Source: Octopus bimaculoides
Taxonomy: Eukaryota
Length of the DNA stretch: 64,000 nucleotides
NCBI RefSeq assembly: GCF_001194135.2
Contig: NC_068994.1
Span: 52,624,598 to 52,688,597 of the forward strand
Direction of reading: 5' to 3'
This document shows, in pieces, positions 39,324 to 53,416 of this stretch. Within the stretch, counting starts at the first letter, position 1; each line of letters opens with the position of its first letter. Under the pieces are notes generated by a model. It ran no database searches and was not told where the DNA came from. It was given only the letters and a program-made list of their open reading frames with translations. Position numbers and translations under genes: made by a program.

Positions 39324-42277
39324 ACGCTACCATGGGTGCACTTTGGATAACTTGCCAATTACAATATTCTATATCATCGAGGAGATATATCTATATGGTC
39401 GCACACATAACAAGTTACATCTTATTTTGATGCGGAATTGCTGTGGAGTCATATAATGGCCTTCAAGCATTCAGCATCATGCTGTGGGCTTTTGATCTTG
39501 CTCTGCCACCAGACATGTTTATTGATGCCATTTTAATGTTTGTTTAACAATCGTTTGTCGTTATTCGGAGCTTGAGGGGCAACATCATACATTCCAATAA
39601 ATATAAATCTAGCCACTCTGGCTAGTAAAATGGTGTACTGATCTAATTTTCATATTGTTGTTAGTTTCTCAACATCAAAACCATTAGCACGGGAGTATAT
39701 ATATATATACACATAAATACACATAAACACACATACGTATATAGATACAAGCATAAAGACATATATACATACACACACAGACGCACGAAAACACACATAC
39801 ACCCACAAACACACACGCACAAACAGACACTCTCATGTGCATATATATATANNNNNNNNNNNNNNNNNNNNNNNNNNNNNNNNNNNNNNNNNNNNNNNNN
39901 NNNNNNNNNNNNNNNNNNNNNNNNNNNNNNNNNNNNNNNNNNNNNNNNNNNNNNNNNNNNNNNNNNNNNNNNNNNNNNNNNNNNNNNNNNNNNNNNNNNN
40001 NNNNNNNNNNNNNNNNNNNNNNNNNNNNNNNNNNNNNNNNNNNNNNNNNNNNNNNNNNNNNNNNNNNNNNNNNNNNNNNNNNNNNNNNNNNNNNNNNNNN
40101 NNNNNNNNNNNNNNNNNNNNNNNNNNNNNNNNNNNNNNNNNNNNNNNNNNNNNNNNNNNNNNNNNNNNNNNNNNNNNNNNNNNNNNNNNNNNNNNNNNNN
40201 NNNNNNNNNNNNNNNNNNNNNNNNNNNNNNNNNNNNNNNNNNNNNNNNNNNATATATATGCACATATGAAAGTTGTGACAATCATTTTAAATTTATATAG
40301 CCACATTTGGATGTTGTTCTGACAAAATTTGACTCGCCCTCTGCCCGTTTCCAACTTTGGAATTACACTCTCAGTCGTATAGACAGCATCTGACTGGAAA
40401 ATTCCAATCTTACATAGGAAGTAAAAAGACGCGCAGTTTCTTAGGTATTTATGGCCAACAATAGTATCTTCAGGTTCATCAAATCCCTTGTGCTCAGTTG
40501 GGAGACAAGGGTAAGTCCATGCTTTCACACGTGTCCAAGAGAACGGAACTTCATTACGCAGAGTACATTAGGATGGCCAAGTTTGACTATCAAATTTATA
40601 CAGGACATATTCAAATACTAATGCTTTGCATAGTAATGTACTGCTCCATAATTCTACTCAATTGGCATTATGTTCACTCTGAGATGTGTAGTGCACCAAA
40701 ATATCAAATTCAAGTACGTATCAGGGTATGTGTGTTTCAATTTTATCCGCAAATTCTGACCAATTATCCCAATTTGAATTACATGGACAACTGTGTCCGG
40801 AAGTATAAACTGTGGACCAATAGTGCAAAGAACGATTGCGGCTACTTTCGTAAGCTTCCCATTATCATGGCTTACAGACGTTTACTTGGCCATATTCCGC
40901 GGCCATTGTCGCAGCTGAGTGTCCAGCTGAGTGAAACAGGAACCAAAAAGCCCCATAGGCAAATATAATTGAGAACCAGTGATATAAACGAAGTATGCAC
41001 TTGGCATTACACTAACTCCCATATTTGTATGAGTGAGCGTCTTAAATATTTATCGGCGGTAACTCGATACATTCGTTGACATGAAAATTCAGGAATCGAA
41101 GTTACAGTACTTCCTAAGATACCCTGATTACACTTATTACCACTTATTTCACTGTTTCTTCGTCGCACCGATAAAATAGTAAATTTGGTTTCTTTAACGA
41201 TTATACTTAGAAGACATTACTGAACTTTACTCTCAATTCTAAGCATGTATCTGGCTACCAGCTAAAGGTGGTAACCAACAATGGATTAAATTCGTGTTTT
41301 GTTCTGTTGACTTGATTGGTTATGTAACCGTCTGTGTGACATTTGCTGATGCGTAATTATTAATTTTGTAGTGGAAAAATTTTGTAACTAAGTTTTGTTT
41401 TTGTAGTCTATTCAAACGTATATGTTTCCAAAAGAAAATCCGAGGACTAATTATGTTTAATACCTGATTGGACATTTCTCAAATATAAATTTACAAAGAT
41501 TTCTAAGCAAAGGCTAGTTGTTACGCTATCTTATTCGAAATATCCTCTTGTAAGTATATACATGCATACATTCATACATACACGCACACACACATACACA
41601 AACGCACACACATATGTACATACATACATGCACACACACAAATACACACACACACACATGCAAACTAATGGCGCTTTAGATGATATTTAGTATGCTTGGT
41701 TTCACTTTAGCACAGTTCTGGCTTTGTTCGAATTTATATTCTTTGCTGAATTTACCTCAAAGGAACGCAGCTTCGTCGTCTCCGATGCGGTCTTACATTT
41801 TCCATTCAATTTACTTCACCTCAATTCTTCGATATAAAGGTATATCACATTCTACACAAACAATTAAGTTAGAATATTTTTTTCAATAATTTCTGTTATA
41901 TTTTCGGAACTCAATAATAGAATCTCATTTCTCCGAAAAGAGTGTTTCTCTTAATATGATATATTAATATATTAAATTTCATACACATTCGAAAGCGTTC
42001 AAGGGTAACATCGAAACAGTTTATCATAACCGAGGGAACTGCTCCACCGATTACGTGAACCAAGGAAAAAATTAAAGCGCGAGCTCTGGTTGGACCTTCA
42101 ATAACTCTGAAACATAAATCATCATATATATATATATATACATATACATACATACTAGCTGAATAAACAAATACCTACACGCATACATTTATACATACAT
42201 ACATATACACACACGCACATACTCATACACCCACACACGCACACGCTCTCACACACAGACATACATGCATACATAAA

Positions 42278-42311
<34 letters not shown>

Positions 42312-43035
42312 CATACATACATACATACATACATCTTTGAATTCAAGATAGCGTCTTTTAACACCTTCCTGTTNNNNNNNNNNNNNNNNNNNNNNNNNNN
42401 NNNNNNNNNNNNNNNNNNNNNNNNNNNNNNNNNNNNNNNNNNNNNNNNNNNNNNNNNNNNNNNNNNNNNNNNNNNNNNNNNNNNNNNNNNNNNNNNNNNN
42501 NNNNNNNNNNNNNNNNNNNNNNNNNNNNNNNNNNGAAATGTCATACAATCAAATGTGTTACAGACAACATGTTTTACTGTATGATGTTTTTCGGTACATA
42601 CCCTAAAACAGGTTACATTTCTAAAACACTTTCAACTGCAGGGATTGTGAGCCTGAAATATTTTACATAAAAAAATTATTATTTTAATGTTACATTTCCA
42701 TTTGAAGTATGTATTTTTTCAGCATTTGGAAACATTTGGTTCTTTTACTCTTTGATAATTAAAGCTTATTTTAGTTCGAATTTATGTAAGATAAAGTGTA
42801 ATTGCGAATAAACGTAAACATTTTAAACGGAGTCAAAATATATATAATACAAAGTAAACTATATTAATACACATACAATATTCAAAACAAAATTTATTTC
42901 TACAAAGTTATAATAGGAAAATATATTTATAGATTCTAAATGTCTTTCAACGCAACTTTTTCAACTTTTGACAAGAGGATGTTCGAAACGCTTTGTTATG
43001 TGATTTGCATACGTATGGCGAATGTATACGCTCAC

Positions 43036-43215
43036 AGAGAGAGAGAGAGAGAGGGAGAGGGAGAGAGAGAGAGAGAGAGTGAGAGAGGGAGTGAGAGAGA
43101 GAGAGAGAAAGAAATGGAGAGAGATACAGAGAGAGAGAGAGAGAGAGAGATTCAGAGAGAGAGAGAGATTCAGACAAAGAGAGAGAGATTCAGAGATTCA
43201 GAGAGNNNNNNNNNN

Positions 43216-43264
<49 letters not shown>

Positions 43265-43360
43265 CAGAGAGAGAGTGAGAGATTCAGAGAGAGAGATTCA
43301 GAGAGAGAGAGATTCAGAGAGAGAGAGATTCAGAGAGAGAGAGAGATTCAGAGAGAGAGA
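43036..43360. repeat. (GA)n tract punctuated by recurrent TTCA
   Basis: gagagagagattca units repeated many times. Confidence 0.9.
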
Positions 43361-43480
43361 GACGCTATGTTTGCTACCAACACGAGGAACGTTTGGGGGA
43401 AGGTTTTAACGAGTAGCATGACATTCATTTCATTCTAACCGTCGGTAATCTGAACGCGTTTTGAAGTTACAAAGCGGTTA

Positions 43481-43547
43481 GTAGAATAGGCAGGCCAAAC
43501 AAAGCTTCCTGTGTGAACTTGCAGACAGAAACTGAAAGAAGCTTGTC

Positions 43548-43582
<35 letters not shown>

Positions 43583-43910
43583 TGTATGCATGTATGTATG
43601 TATATGTGTATGTATGTATGTATGTATGTATGTATATATATGTATGTATGTATGTATATATATGTATGTATGTATGTATGTTTGAATGTATGTATATTTA
43701 TGTATGTGTGTGTATCTGTGTTTGTGTTTGGCCACCTACCACAGCTTGAGAACCGGTGTTGGTATGTTTGCGTCTTCGTAACTTAGCGGTTCGGGGAATA
43801 AGACCGATAGAATAGGTATTAGAATCAGCGCTAATATCAGTTCATTAGACTAAAAATTCAATGCGATGCCCAAGCATGTCCGCTTGACTGAGAGAAGTAA
43901 AAGATGAAAG
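43481..43910 (+). mobile_element. SINE family A with expanded internal (TATG)n
   Basis: Head end (gacagaaactgaaagaagc), about 150 bp of microsatellite, then tail (cttgagaaccggtgttggt...gtaacttagcggttcgg...accgatagaataggta). Confidence 0.8.
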
Positions 43911-43953
43911 ACACATTATATATTTTCATCCCTTTTCCCCTTAAATAGAAATG

Positions 43954-44041
<88 letters not shown>

Positions 44042-44768
44042 TATATATATTAGCCACTTGCTATTGTCGTTACAGGAAAGAGACATGTATTTGCTTTCTC
44101 ATCAAGTAATTTGGTCTTTTATATTTTTGGGATCGTCGATAAATACAAGAGCTTAATAATTTCGTTTCGTTCTGTACACGGCTTTGTTGTTTAATATCCC
44201 GTATTTCCTTTGTGGGGTATATTTGCACTCCATTACACCGGTTCAATCAGATTGCTTAATACCTGACAGTGTTTGTGAACATTCGTTAATTAAATTATTT
44301 TGCATAACTAAATTTACTATCTAACTTTACATGTGTCAGCTTACACACTCAGAAACACACAGACACATACACACCGATACGCACATACACACACACCACC
44401 GAGTGAGTACACTTATACACACACCTATGCATAATTAATTTTTCATAATATCTTACGACTACAATTTCTTTGATGTACGAACTTGTATTAGAACAAATGT
44501 TATTATATACATCGGACGCTCACTTCTACAATAAAGTACAGGCATTGGTTTTATTTCACTTCTGTTTTGTTATCAATTAATTAAACAGTTAATTAATTAA
44601 TGTACAAAATATCAATTAACTAATCATTTCATTTATTCTGTCAAACTCTTGTCTTCATATGAAGTGTTTCTGGTACATGTGTATCTTTATTATTTTGCAC
44701 TCACTTCATGTTAGAGAAGATCATGCGTTTCAGATTTTAATGCAGATAAGTTCAAATATGGGTTCTTT

Positions 44769-44870
44769 GAGTTCAAGTGTTTTGCTCAAGGACACAACGC
44801 GTTGCCGGGAATTGAAATGAACTCACGACCTTACGACCTCCCCATGAATATCCCTGACCACTAAGCCAGG
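44769..44870 (-). mobile_element. tRNA-headed SINE fragment (family D)
   Basis: Reverse complement reads tggcttagtggtcaggg...tcgtaaggtcgtgagttca...gcgttgtgtccttgagcaaaacactt: A-box, B-box-like segment and a gtgtccttgagcaa central-domain-like motif. Confidence 0.7.
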
Positions 44871-45004
44871 GATATTCATATATATATATATANNNNNNNN
44901 NNNNNNNNNNNNNNNNNNNNNNNNNNNNNNNNNNNNNNNNNNNNNNNNNNNNNNNNNNNNNNNNNNNNNNNNNNNNNNNNNNNNNNNNNNNNNNNNNNAT
45001 ATAT

Positions 45005-45040
<36 letters not shown>

Positions 45041-47420
45041 CGACAAAGACAAAAATAAATAGCATTTTATTCATTATTCACATTTGTTAACTCTCTTCAA
45101 ATGTTTCTATAAAATCCATCGCGATGACAATCAATGTTATATATTTGCTACGAAGATAGATATGAAAGTAACTGTGCAGCAACAAGGTTTTGAAAATAAA
45201 CATCTAAGTCTTAAATACGAAATAGTGTGTTCATATTTAATTGTGGGAACGATATTCCAGAAGTGAGATGCTCGCAGCTGTAAAGCTGATTGAACGATAA
45301 AAATTCGACAGATAAGAACTCATCACGAGAAATTTAAATACACGTAGATTTCATTACCATCTATTGCGCTTTTATTTCCCAATCATCTGTACAATACATG
45401 TAAGTGACGGTGATAAAACGACTTCCCTCCATTTTCATCAGCGTACGCTCATTTACTGCTAATCAAACTTTCAAAAATGTTCGTTTACTTTCTGTTTATC
45501 TAGGTGCAATAGAATTGTATGTGGTGCATGTGTGTGTGTGTGTGTGTGTGTGTTGTTGTTGTTGTTGATATCACCTACGCTATTAAGTCATGAGATATTT
45601 CATTTGTTATTAATAATATTTATTAGTTGGGGTAGTTTAGCTATATATATATGAGCCGAGTTCGTTTGATGCGAATCTTCTCAATATTCTCCTAAACATT
45701 ACGCTCAATGAGCTGTCATAGTTTATGCGAAAGTAATGGCATAGTAGTCGCTGCTGGCTACGGAGTCTCAGGGATTGACATTTTCTAAATATATTATAGT
45801 ATGCCCGAACAACTTGCATATTTTCTAACACTTAGCATCTGAGGAAGACATAAATTGCATTAGACATTTGAATGAAAATATGCATTAGGAGGGAAAATTA
45901 CTTTCTCTAAACACAATGCTGAATATTATATCTTACATCGAATTAATAAATCGTTATATTCTGAAAACATTTCTGAATGTAATCATTTGGAATTTTTTCA
46001 GGTACAATTTAAGCATTTAAATTGTGCTCTTGGTCTTTTATTTTAAAACGTCGTTGAATATTATTTACCATAAAATAAGAATGGCACGCGATAATTTAAT
46101 ATCCTATGAGATTTATTAAAACGAAAAATGATGGGAATTTAATTAGAGCCTGCTGCAAGGCTTTTGCAGTAAACAAGAACTAAAAGGAATGCTTTTTTTA
46201 TTTCCTACATTTGTGCTCAGCTGCAAATATGTATGAAGAGGATTCTTGAGAAATGTGAGCTAACGACACAAAGGAAATGATAGAGCAAGTATCAATGGTA
46301 AAATTTAAAATTAGAATATTTAGGTATAAAAAATACAAAGAGACATTACATAGGTGGTCGTTTGGCTTCAAATTTCAAATTTCATAGTATATATTTTTAA
46401 AATCGGTCGTATTTGATTATACTTAGACGCAAACATTACAGGCAAAAATGAATAGAGTTTCTGCTAACATCTGATTAATTGGAGTGTTGCTTGATCAGTG
46501 ATCACCTACGTTATAACAGCACTATCTACGGCAACGGACAAGGAAACATATATGAAGTAGCTCAACTTGTTAGAATTAGAAGCCACATCTCCTTCGTGTC
46601 ACACCTTAGAAATATGAACGAGGCGACTTTGTCACTAGGTGCACTATAACTTGAAAATATACACAGCAATGACGGTTGGATCGCTTTTGAAAATCAGGTC
46701 TGATATACGATCTATTCAAAAATAAAACCGATAAAAATAACTGCTCTGGGATTCCTTACAACAGTGACCCACTTATCATGATGCACCAGCCCTTTCATGT
46801 TCTTTCACTTTGCTATTTGTGGCAAACTTATCAAAAGAGTACCGATATGAAGTGGTCTACAGAGTAGATCGAGCTCCGAGATATAGGAAACAAATCTATT
46901 TGACAATACCTCTTATCATCTTTGAAAATAATGAATTAAAGACAATATTTTCAGTGAAATGTGCACCGACACTGAACCTGTGAAAAAAGCTTGAAGGCTA
47001 TTGCTGCAATGTCTGCGATCGTATTTATTGTATGTGACTTAACTCTTTACAAAATTTTCAGAAAATAATTTTTAAAATATATTCCTTTATATCTAAACAT
47101 TTATTGCTTTAAACTTTTGAAATGAAGCTAGGACACTTTGTTTCCCTTTTCTACATAAACCGCTCTGAACATTTTAACCGGTTTTAACTTTATACAATGT
47201 TATTCCTGCTGTAGTTTATTGGATTAAAGTTATAAAATGTTGGAGTTTCGAGATGTGTTAAAAGAATTGAGATCTTGAGTTCCGAAGATATATTTTTCCA
47301 TTGTTTAATTACTAATTCATTATATTCAATACATACATACATACATACATACATACATGCACACACGCAGGGAGGCACACACACATAGACACACACTATA
47401 TATATGGATAGATACATAAA

Positions 47421-47482
<62 letters not shown>

Positions 47483-47563
47483 AGAAAGATACATACGTAT
47501 ATAGTATAAATATTATATATATATGGAAAGACAGATACATACGAATATAATATATATATATAT

Positions 47564-47601
<38 letters not shown>

Positions 47602-48660
47602 GATAGATAGAAACATACGTATATAGTATATATTATATATATGGATAGATAGACAGATACATACGTATATAGTATATGTATAAAGGTATGTATAAGCATA
47701 TATGTATGTAAACAAGTTAAGATACTCTTCGTTGCCCAGACAAATGATTAATTACTTGTTTTGTGTAAGAATGTGAAAAGAAATCCAAATTCTGTAATAC
47801 AATTTCCGCAGCCATTTGAAATTTTAATTACATTTACGTCTAACAATAATGAAGTATTAGAAAACATAAATATTATTGTTTATGTCATAAACGAATTTCA
47901 AATATTATTTTCTTAAATTTGGAATAAGTTAAATAAATTAAAGAATAGCGTCTTGTATTTCTCCACAAAATCAAGCTTAATAGAATGGCTATTTTGGTAT
48001 TAAAATTAGCACATATTTCTCTTCCAATTTTTCAAATCAAAGACAAATTTTCTTTTTAATTTTTCTATTTTCTAAAATACCGTGGTCCAANNNNNNNNNN
48101 NNNNNNNNNNNNNNNNNNNNNNNNNNNNNNNNNNNNNNNNNNNNNNNNNNNNNNNNNNNNNNNNNNNNNNNNNNNNNNNNNNNNNNNNNNNNNNNNNNNN
48201 NNNNNNNNNNNNNNNNNNNNNNNNNNNNNNNNNNNNNNNNNNNNNNNNNNNNNNNNNNNNNNNNNNNNNNNNNNNNNNNNNNNNNNNNNNNNNNNNNNNN
48301 NNNNNNNNNNNNNNNNNNNNNNNNNNNNNNNNNNNNNNNNNNNNNNNNNNNNNNNNNNNNNNNNNNNNNNNNNNNNNNNNNNNNNNNNNNNNNNNNNNNN
48401 NNNNNNNNNNNNNNNNNNNNNNNNNNNNNNNNNNNNNNNNNNNNNNNNNNNNNNNNNNNNNNNNNNNNNNNNNNNNNNNNNNNNNNNNNNNNNNNNNNNN
48501 NNNNNNNNNNNNNNNNNNNNNNNNNNNNNNNNNNNNNNNNNNNNNNNNNNNNNNNNNNNNNNNNNNNNNNNNNNNNNNNNNNNNNNNNNNNNNNNNNNNN
48601 NNNNNNNNNNNNNNNNNNNNNNNNNNNNNNNNNNNNNNNNNNNNNNNNNNNNNNNNNNNN

Positions 48661-48950
48661 AGCCTTGAAGAGGAAGATCGAACAGGACGTCCAGTTGAGT
48701 TTGATGATAAACTCCTTGAGGCATTACTTGAAGAAAATCCCGCATTATCAGTTGAAGAATTGTCCAATTGGCAATAAAGCTTAGTTCAAATCATACAACT
48801 GTTCATCGTCATCTTCAACAACTTGGAAAGGTTCCTAAACTTGGAAAATGTGTGTCTCATGAATTCTCCGAAAGCAACTGCAAATCCTGAGTTGACATCT
48901 GTTCTTCTTTCCATTCACGCGAACTCATTTCACCCATTTTGGATAGACTT
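48661..48950 (+). mobile_element. Mariner transposase relic (HTH-to-linker region)
   Basis: SLEEEDRTGRPVEFDDKLLEALLEENPALSVEEL/AIKLSSNHTTVHRHLQQLGKVPKLGKCVSHEFSESNCKS*VDICSSFHSRELISPILDRL. Compare SGRP..., HRHL..LG.V.KLGKWVPHELS. It has one frameshift and one stop; the 5' part is in an N-gap. Confidence 0.9.
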
Positions 48951-50400
48951 CCCGCATAATCAGTCACCTCACCATAGATATGTCACCCTTCGTGAACTAA
49001 AAACATGCCCAAATTTCAGTTATTTCGGCAGTAGATTTTGTTTAAATTGTAACGGATTCTTATTACACTGGTACAAAAAAAAAAGTAATTTATATGATGA
49101 TCAACAGAAAAGAAATGTCAAATAATAACTTCTGGAAAAGTTTTGAATTACACTTAGCAGCTCTAGCGTTTCGTCGATGCATAATATTCTCAATGTCAGA
49201 ACAAATTACAATCAAATTTTATATCAAAAATTAGGTATCCTTTAGCGCAGCATTAACAATATTCGTTATAACGAAGTATAGATTGTTTCTGCTGTTATGA
49301 CTTTTAATTCTACTAAATAAACATTTTGGAGAACAATCGTCTAGTTCACGTTAGAAAAATTACAAGCACAAATTTCTTGAAGCTTAATGAAGCCTCATTA
49401 ATTCTAATACATATTTTTATTAGTTGTGGGAAGTTTTATAGAAGATTTCATTTAATTGGCCACTCAGTAATAGGCTGTGCAGCAAACATTACAAGAAAAC
49501 GCTAAATTCAAACGTTTTGATAAAAAAAAAATTCCATTTTTAATTTAGATTCCTTCTTCGCCCACTGTGCTTGACAACGTTTATTTTTACTAGGCTATAA
49601 AGCAATAAACAAGTTCTTATTGGTTAGAGTAGAATAGTTTTTCACTAATTTTAGCAAAAGCTAAAATGAGATTCCTCTTTCCATTCATGGTAATAAATTA
49701 AGTCTGAGATTCAAGATAACTTTTTTATAACACCTTACATGTGTCTCACAAAAATATGAAGAAAAGTTTTTCGAAGAAACTCAAATATGATTAAAGTGGT
49801 CAAATACGAAAGGGAATGTGACAGTGTGATCGGAAAAAAAAGTCATGGGCACGATGTACTTATTATCAACGAAAATTCAAAGCCTCCAATCCATAGCACT
49901 AGTTGTAATACCAATACACCCGCTAGTTGACGAGTTGTTTAAAATTCCGCTTTCTTTTCAGGTAAACCGCATATTTTCCCAATGAAATAATCCAAGTTCT
50001 CTTTTACACAGTCAATCTATCACATTTATTTTTAAAGACAATATTATGCTTGCTCATTATTCTAACAACCGGCCATTACATTAAAACTTTTTTTAATTAT
50101 GAAATATTTCTTCCACTGCTATTGAAGACATATTTGCAGCTAGTCACCACTTTCAGCATTGAACTTTAACTTTAATACTTTATTGGATAACTAATCACTC
50201 CTACTTTTACGACTTTTCACTCTGGGTGTTTAATTATATGATATTAATGTATATGGCAAAATTCGAAGCAATGATAGTTTGCGTCTGTGAATATGAATTT
50301 TGGAATATTAGTGGTCTATACGTTGTAAGGAGTGCATTTAGTCTATTGCTCTGGGGTGAAAAGGGCAGGAAAAACTTTGAGTGGAAGTTTCATTTTGGCA

Positions 50401-50448
<48 letters not shown>

Positions 50449-50760
50449 AGAAAGAGAGCGAGAGTGAGGGTAGGGGAAGGGAGAAAGAAAGAGAGAGATA
50501 GGAACGGTTTAACAAGATGGTTGAAACGCCAATATGGCAAAGGATTGAGAAGGTAGGTATACTCAGACTTTAAATAAGCGAACAACAAAAGAACAGTTTA
50601 AAGGGGAGTATAATAACTAATAAGCAGGATAAAGAGACAGACATGTGTATAAATACAAAATCAATCAATTGAAATTGAGTCACAAAGACGGTTTTCCATG
50701 TCAGGCATACACCCAAGCGTAGGTATCAAGTTAGCCTAAATATTATCAGACGGAGAATAT

Positions 50761-51560
50761 TTAGAATGTCTCGGAAATCTACATTGCGTCACTTATAGAT
50801 TCGATTTGGAGAATCCATGTCAGTTTCTTTTGCTCTTCGTTCGAAACGTGTAGCAATTCTAGGTTTTTCTGTAAATTAGTAGATACATCGATTAATGTAC
50901 CTATGGTGATATGATGATAAGTGCAAATGAGAATTTATAGTCAGAGTATTATAGTCAGGGTGAAATTCTTCCCCGTCCCACAGAACAACATTAGCCCTGT
51001 TATTTTTGCACTGAACTGCTCCCTTTATTGAAGTATTCCATCATTATACATTGTGAAATATAAATTCATGCTGGTTCTGACTTGTTTTTGAAGCCAGGGC
51101 AATCATTCTTGTGGATAGCATTGTAAATAGTCTTTGCAACTCTGTCATGCCTCGGTGACCGATAGTATCTCTTAGACATTATGAGGCAGCTGCTAATGAT
51201 GTGAGTGATACTTTATACGTTGATACAGCAGAGCTGACGTTTTCCATCACAACATGGAAGTTGAGTGCTATCTTAGTCTCTCTGTTTTTAATCAGGTATT
51301 CAGTAGCTATCATCGGTTCCTGGATAGTGAAGGTATATTACTGTAGGTTGGAGATAATGAATCTAACACGGACCAGGAGAGGTTACTCTTCCTTTCGATG
51401 CTGTTGTTATTCGCTAGCTTACGGAATATGTACTCAGGTATTGCTTTTTATTGTATGATGGCAGCTTCTTTATGTAGACACGCCCAGTCCCCTTTGGGTG
51501 CATAAGGAGGTTGCATTCTCGGAGTACCAGCGCAGTACATGATCTCCAACTATATGAAGA
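50761..51560 (-). mobile_element. Degenerate RLE-type non-LTR retrotransposon (R4-like, second lineage), C-terminal third
   Basis: Across frameshifts: YIFRKLANNNSIERKSNLSWS, YTFTIQEPMIATEYLIKNR, CDGKRQLCCINV*SITHIISSCLIMSKRYYRSPRHDRVAKTIYNAI (zinc knuckle plus RHD), WNTSIKGAVQCKNNRANVVLWD (cf. HNRPDIV.WD), DYKFSF, KLTWILQIESIS. Confidence 0.8.
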
Positions 51561-52725
51561 TGTTCTCACATTTGAGTATCGTGGAATGTACTCATTTCTT
51601 ACTTTAGTGCTAAGTAGATGTATTGCCTATGTATGTATATATGTATAACTGATGTTTGTAGCACGAACAACAAATACCCAGTTTTATTAGTTATATACAA
51701 CCCTTAGTTTTGGTCTCAGTTTTAAGAAAATATCAAATATTAGTTTTTTATCGTTTAATTTAAATTCTCCTACTGAAAAAAAAACACAGTCCTAAATTTG
51801 ATTTAATTTTACGCTGCAAACCTAAAACTGTTTTGCAAATGTCTTATTCTAGGAAGAATAGAATTAATCGATTGATTGATTTATCACTTGCGTGGGAAAA
51901 GAAAGTGTAAATTATAGCCGAGTATAGCGTAACAGTTGCAAAAGTATCACAAAAGCGTTTCATTCTGCCATTTTGATTTATAAACTCAATGTGCCATTCG
52001 ACCTTATACGTTGGATATTCAGATTTGTGTATAAGATTCTAGATTATCCAAGTCTTTGGAAAGTAGCATTTACTTTTCTGCACATAACGTTCTCATTGTT
52101 TTTTCGTTTTTTAATAAATGCAGTTTTAAAACGAATTAGTAGTTGATAAACTCATTTCAAACTTTATTTTTTGTTTTAAATGAAATGTCAAGCGGGATCT
52201 AGCAAACGTTCAATCACAGTCGTTGCAGCTGTGACAAGTCTGACTTTCCGATGGAAATCTAGAACTATATTAACCGAATTTGTGATTCTAAATTTGTAGT
52301 TTGCGTGGGTGGAATATGAGAGAGTTATGATCAAGAGGTCAAACAGATATAGTGGATGCGGTGAGATTCCATTGGTGTATTAGTGAGTATCAAGAATTAC
52401 TTCATTTCATATACAATATTAATACCCTTAAACTTATATTTCATGAGTATCCTACTGAAAACTCAATTTCTAAGACTGTACTCTAATTAAATAAGCTCTT
52501 ATCTCGAGCATTTAAGATAAAGCCTTCCCTCTCAGCAATTAGCCCGGAGCTAAAACAAGAAAACATCATACTCAGTAGTGAAACAGGCAAACAAAGATAT
52601 AAGTTAATTCCATATATAACAAATCCCAGAATTAAACGCACTGAAAACAAGCACAGAAAAAGCTAAGCGTATGAAGACCCGTGTTAAAACTGCAAAGTGA
52701 AAGTCGAAATATAAAAATGATGATG

Positions 52726-52787
<62 letters not shown>

Positions 52788-53030
52788 CCTTTCTACTTTA
52801 AGCACAAAGCCTTAAATTTGCGGGGAAGGGACTAGTAGATTTCATGAACCCTAGTTCTGGTACTTAATTTATCGACCCAGAAAGTATGAAATGCAAAGTC
52901 AACCTCGGCGAAATTTGAACTCAGAACGTAGCGACAGCCGAAAAACTGCAATAATCCTTTCTACTACGGAAGGACGAAATGCCGCTAAGCATTTCGTTCA
53001 GCATGCAAACGATTCTGCCAGCTTGCCACA
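52788..53030 (-). mobile_element. SINE family B copy flanked on both sides by (TAA)n
   Basis: cctttctact terminus through gattctgccagcttgccac head; (AAT)n at about 52727-52787 and 53034-53116. Confidence 0.9.
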
Positions 53031-53033
53031 TTA

Positions 53034-53113
<80 letters not shown>

Positions 53114-53330
53114 AATCCTACGTAAAATACTGTCTATGTGATCTCAAATTTTAAAGCAAACATAATTTTCTTATGGTTTCTTAAACATTCACTTGAACAA
53201 AACTGTACAAATCCAAATATATGGTACCCTAGGCATAACACCTACATGAACTTCTAACTTGTTGTCTCTTGAGGTCTCTGGGTGAGACTTGGATCCAACT
53301 TGTACAAATGCAAAACAAAAGTCAAACATA

Positions 53331-53331
53331 A

Positions 53332-53415
<84 letters not shown>
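53331..53415. repeat. (AAT)n microsatellite
   Basis: Read directly from the sequence. Confidence 0.95.

Positions 53416-53416
<1 letters not shown>

Noticed and set aside
41950-42108. Minus-strand frame VIEGPTRARALIFSLVHVIGGAVPSVMINCF after a good acceptor
   Set aside because: There is no convincing donor and no recognisable homology.
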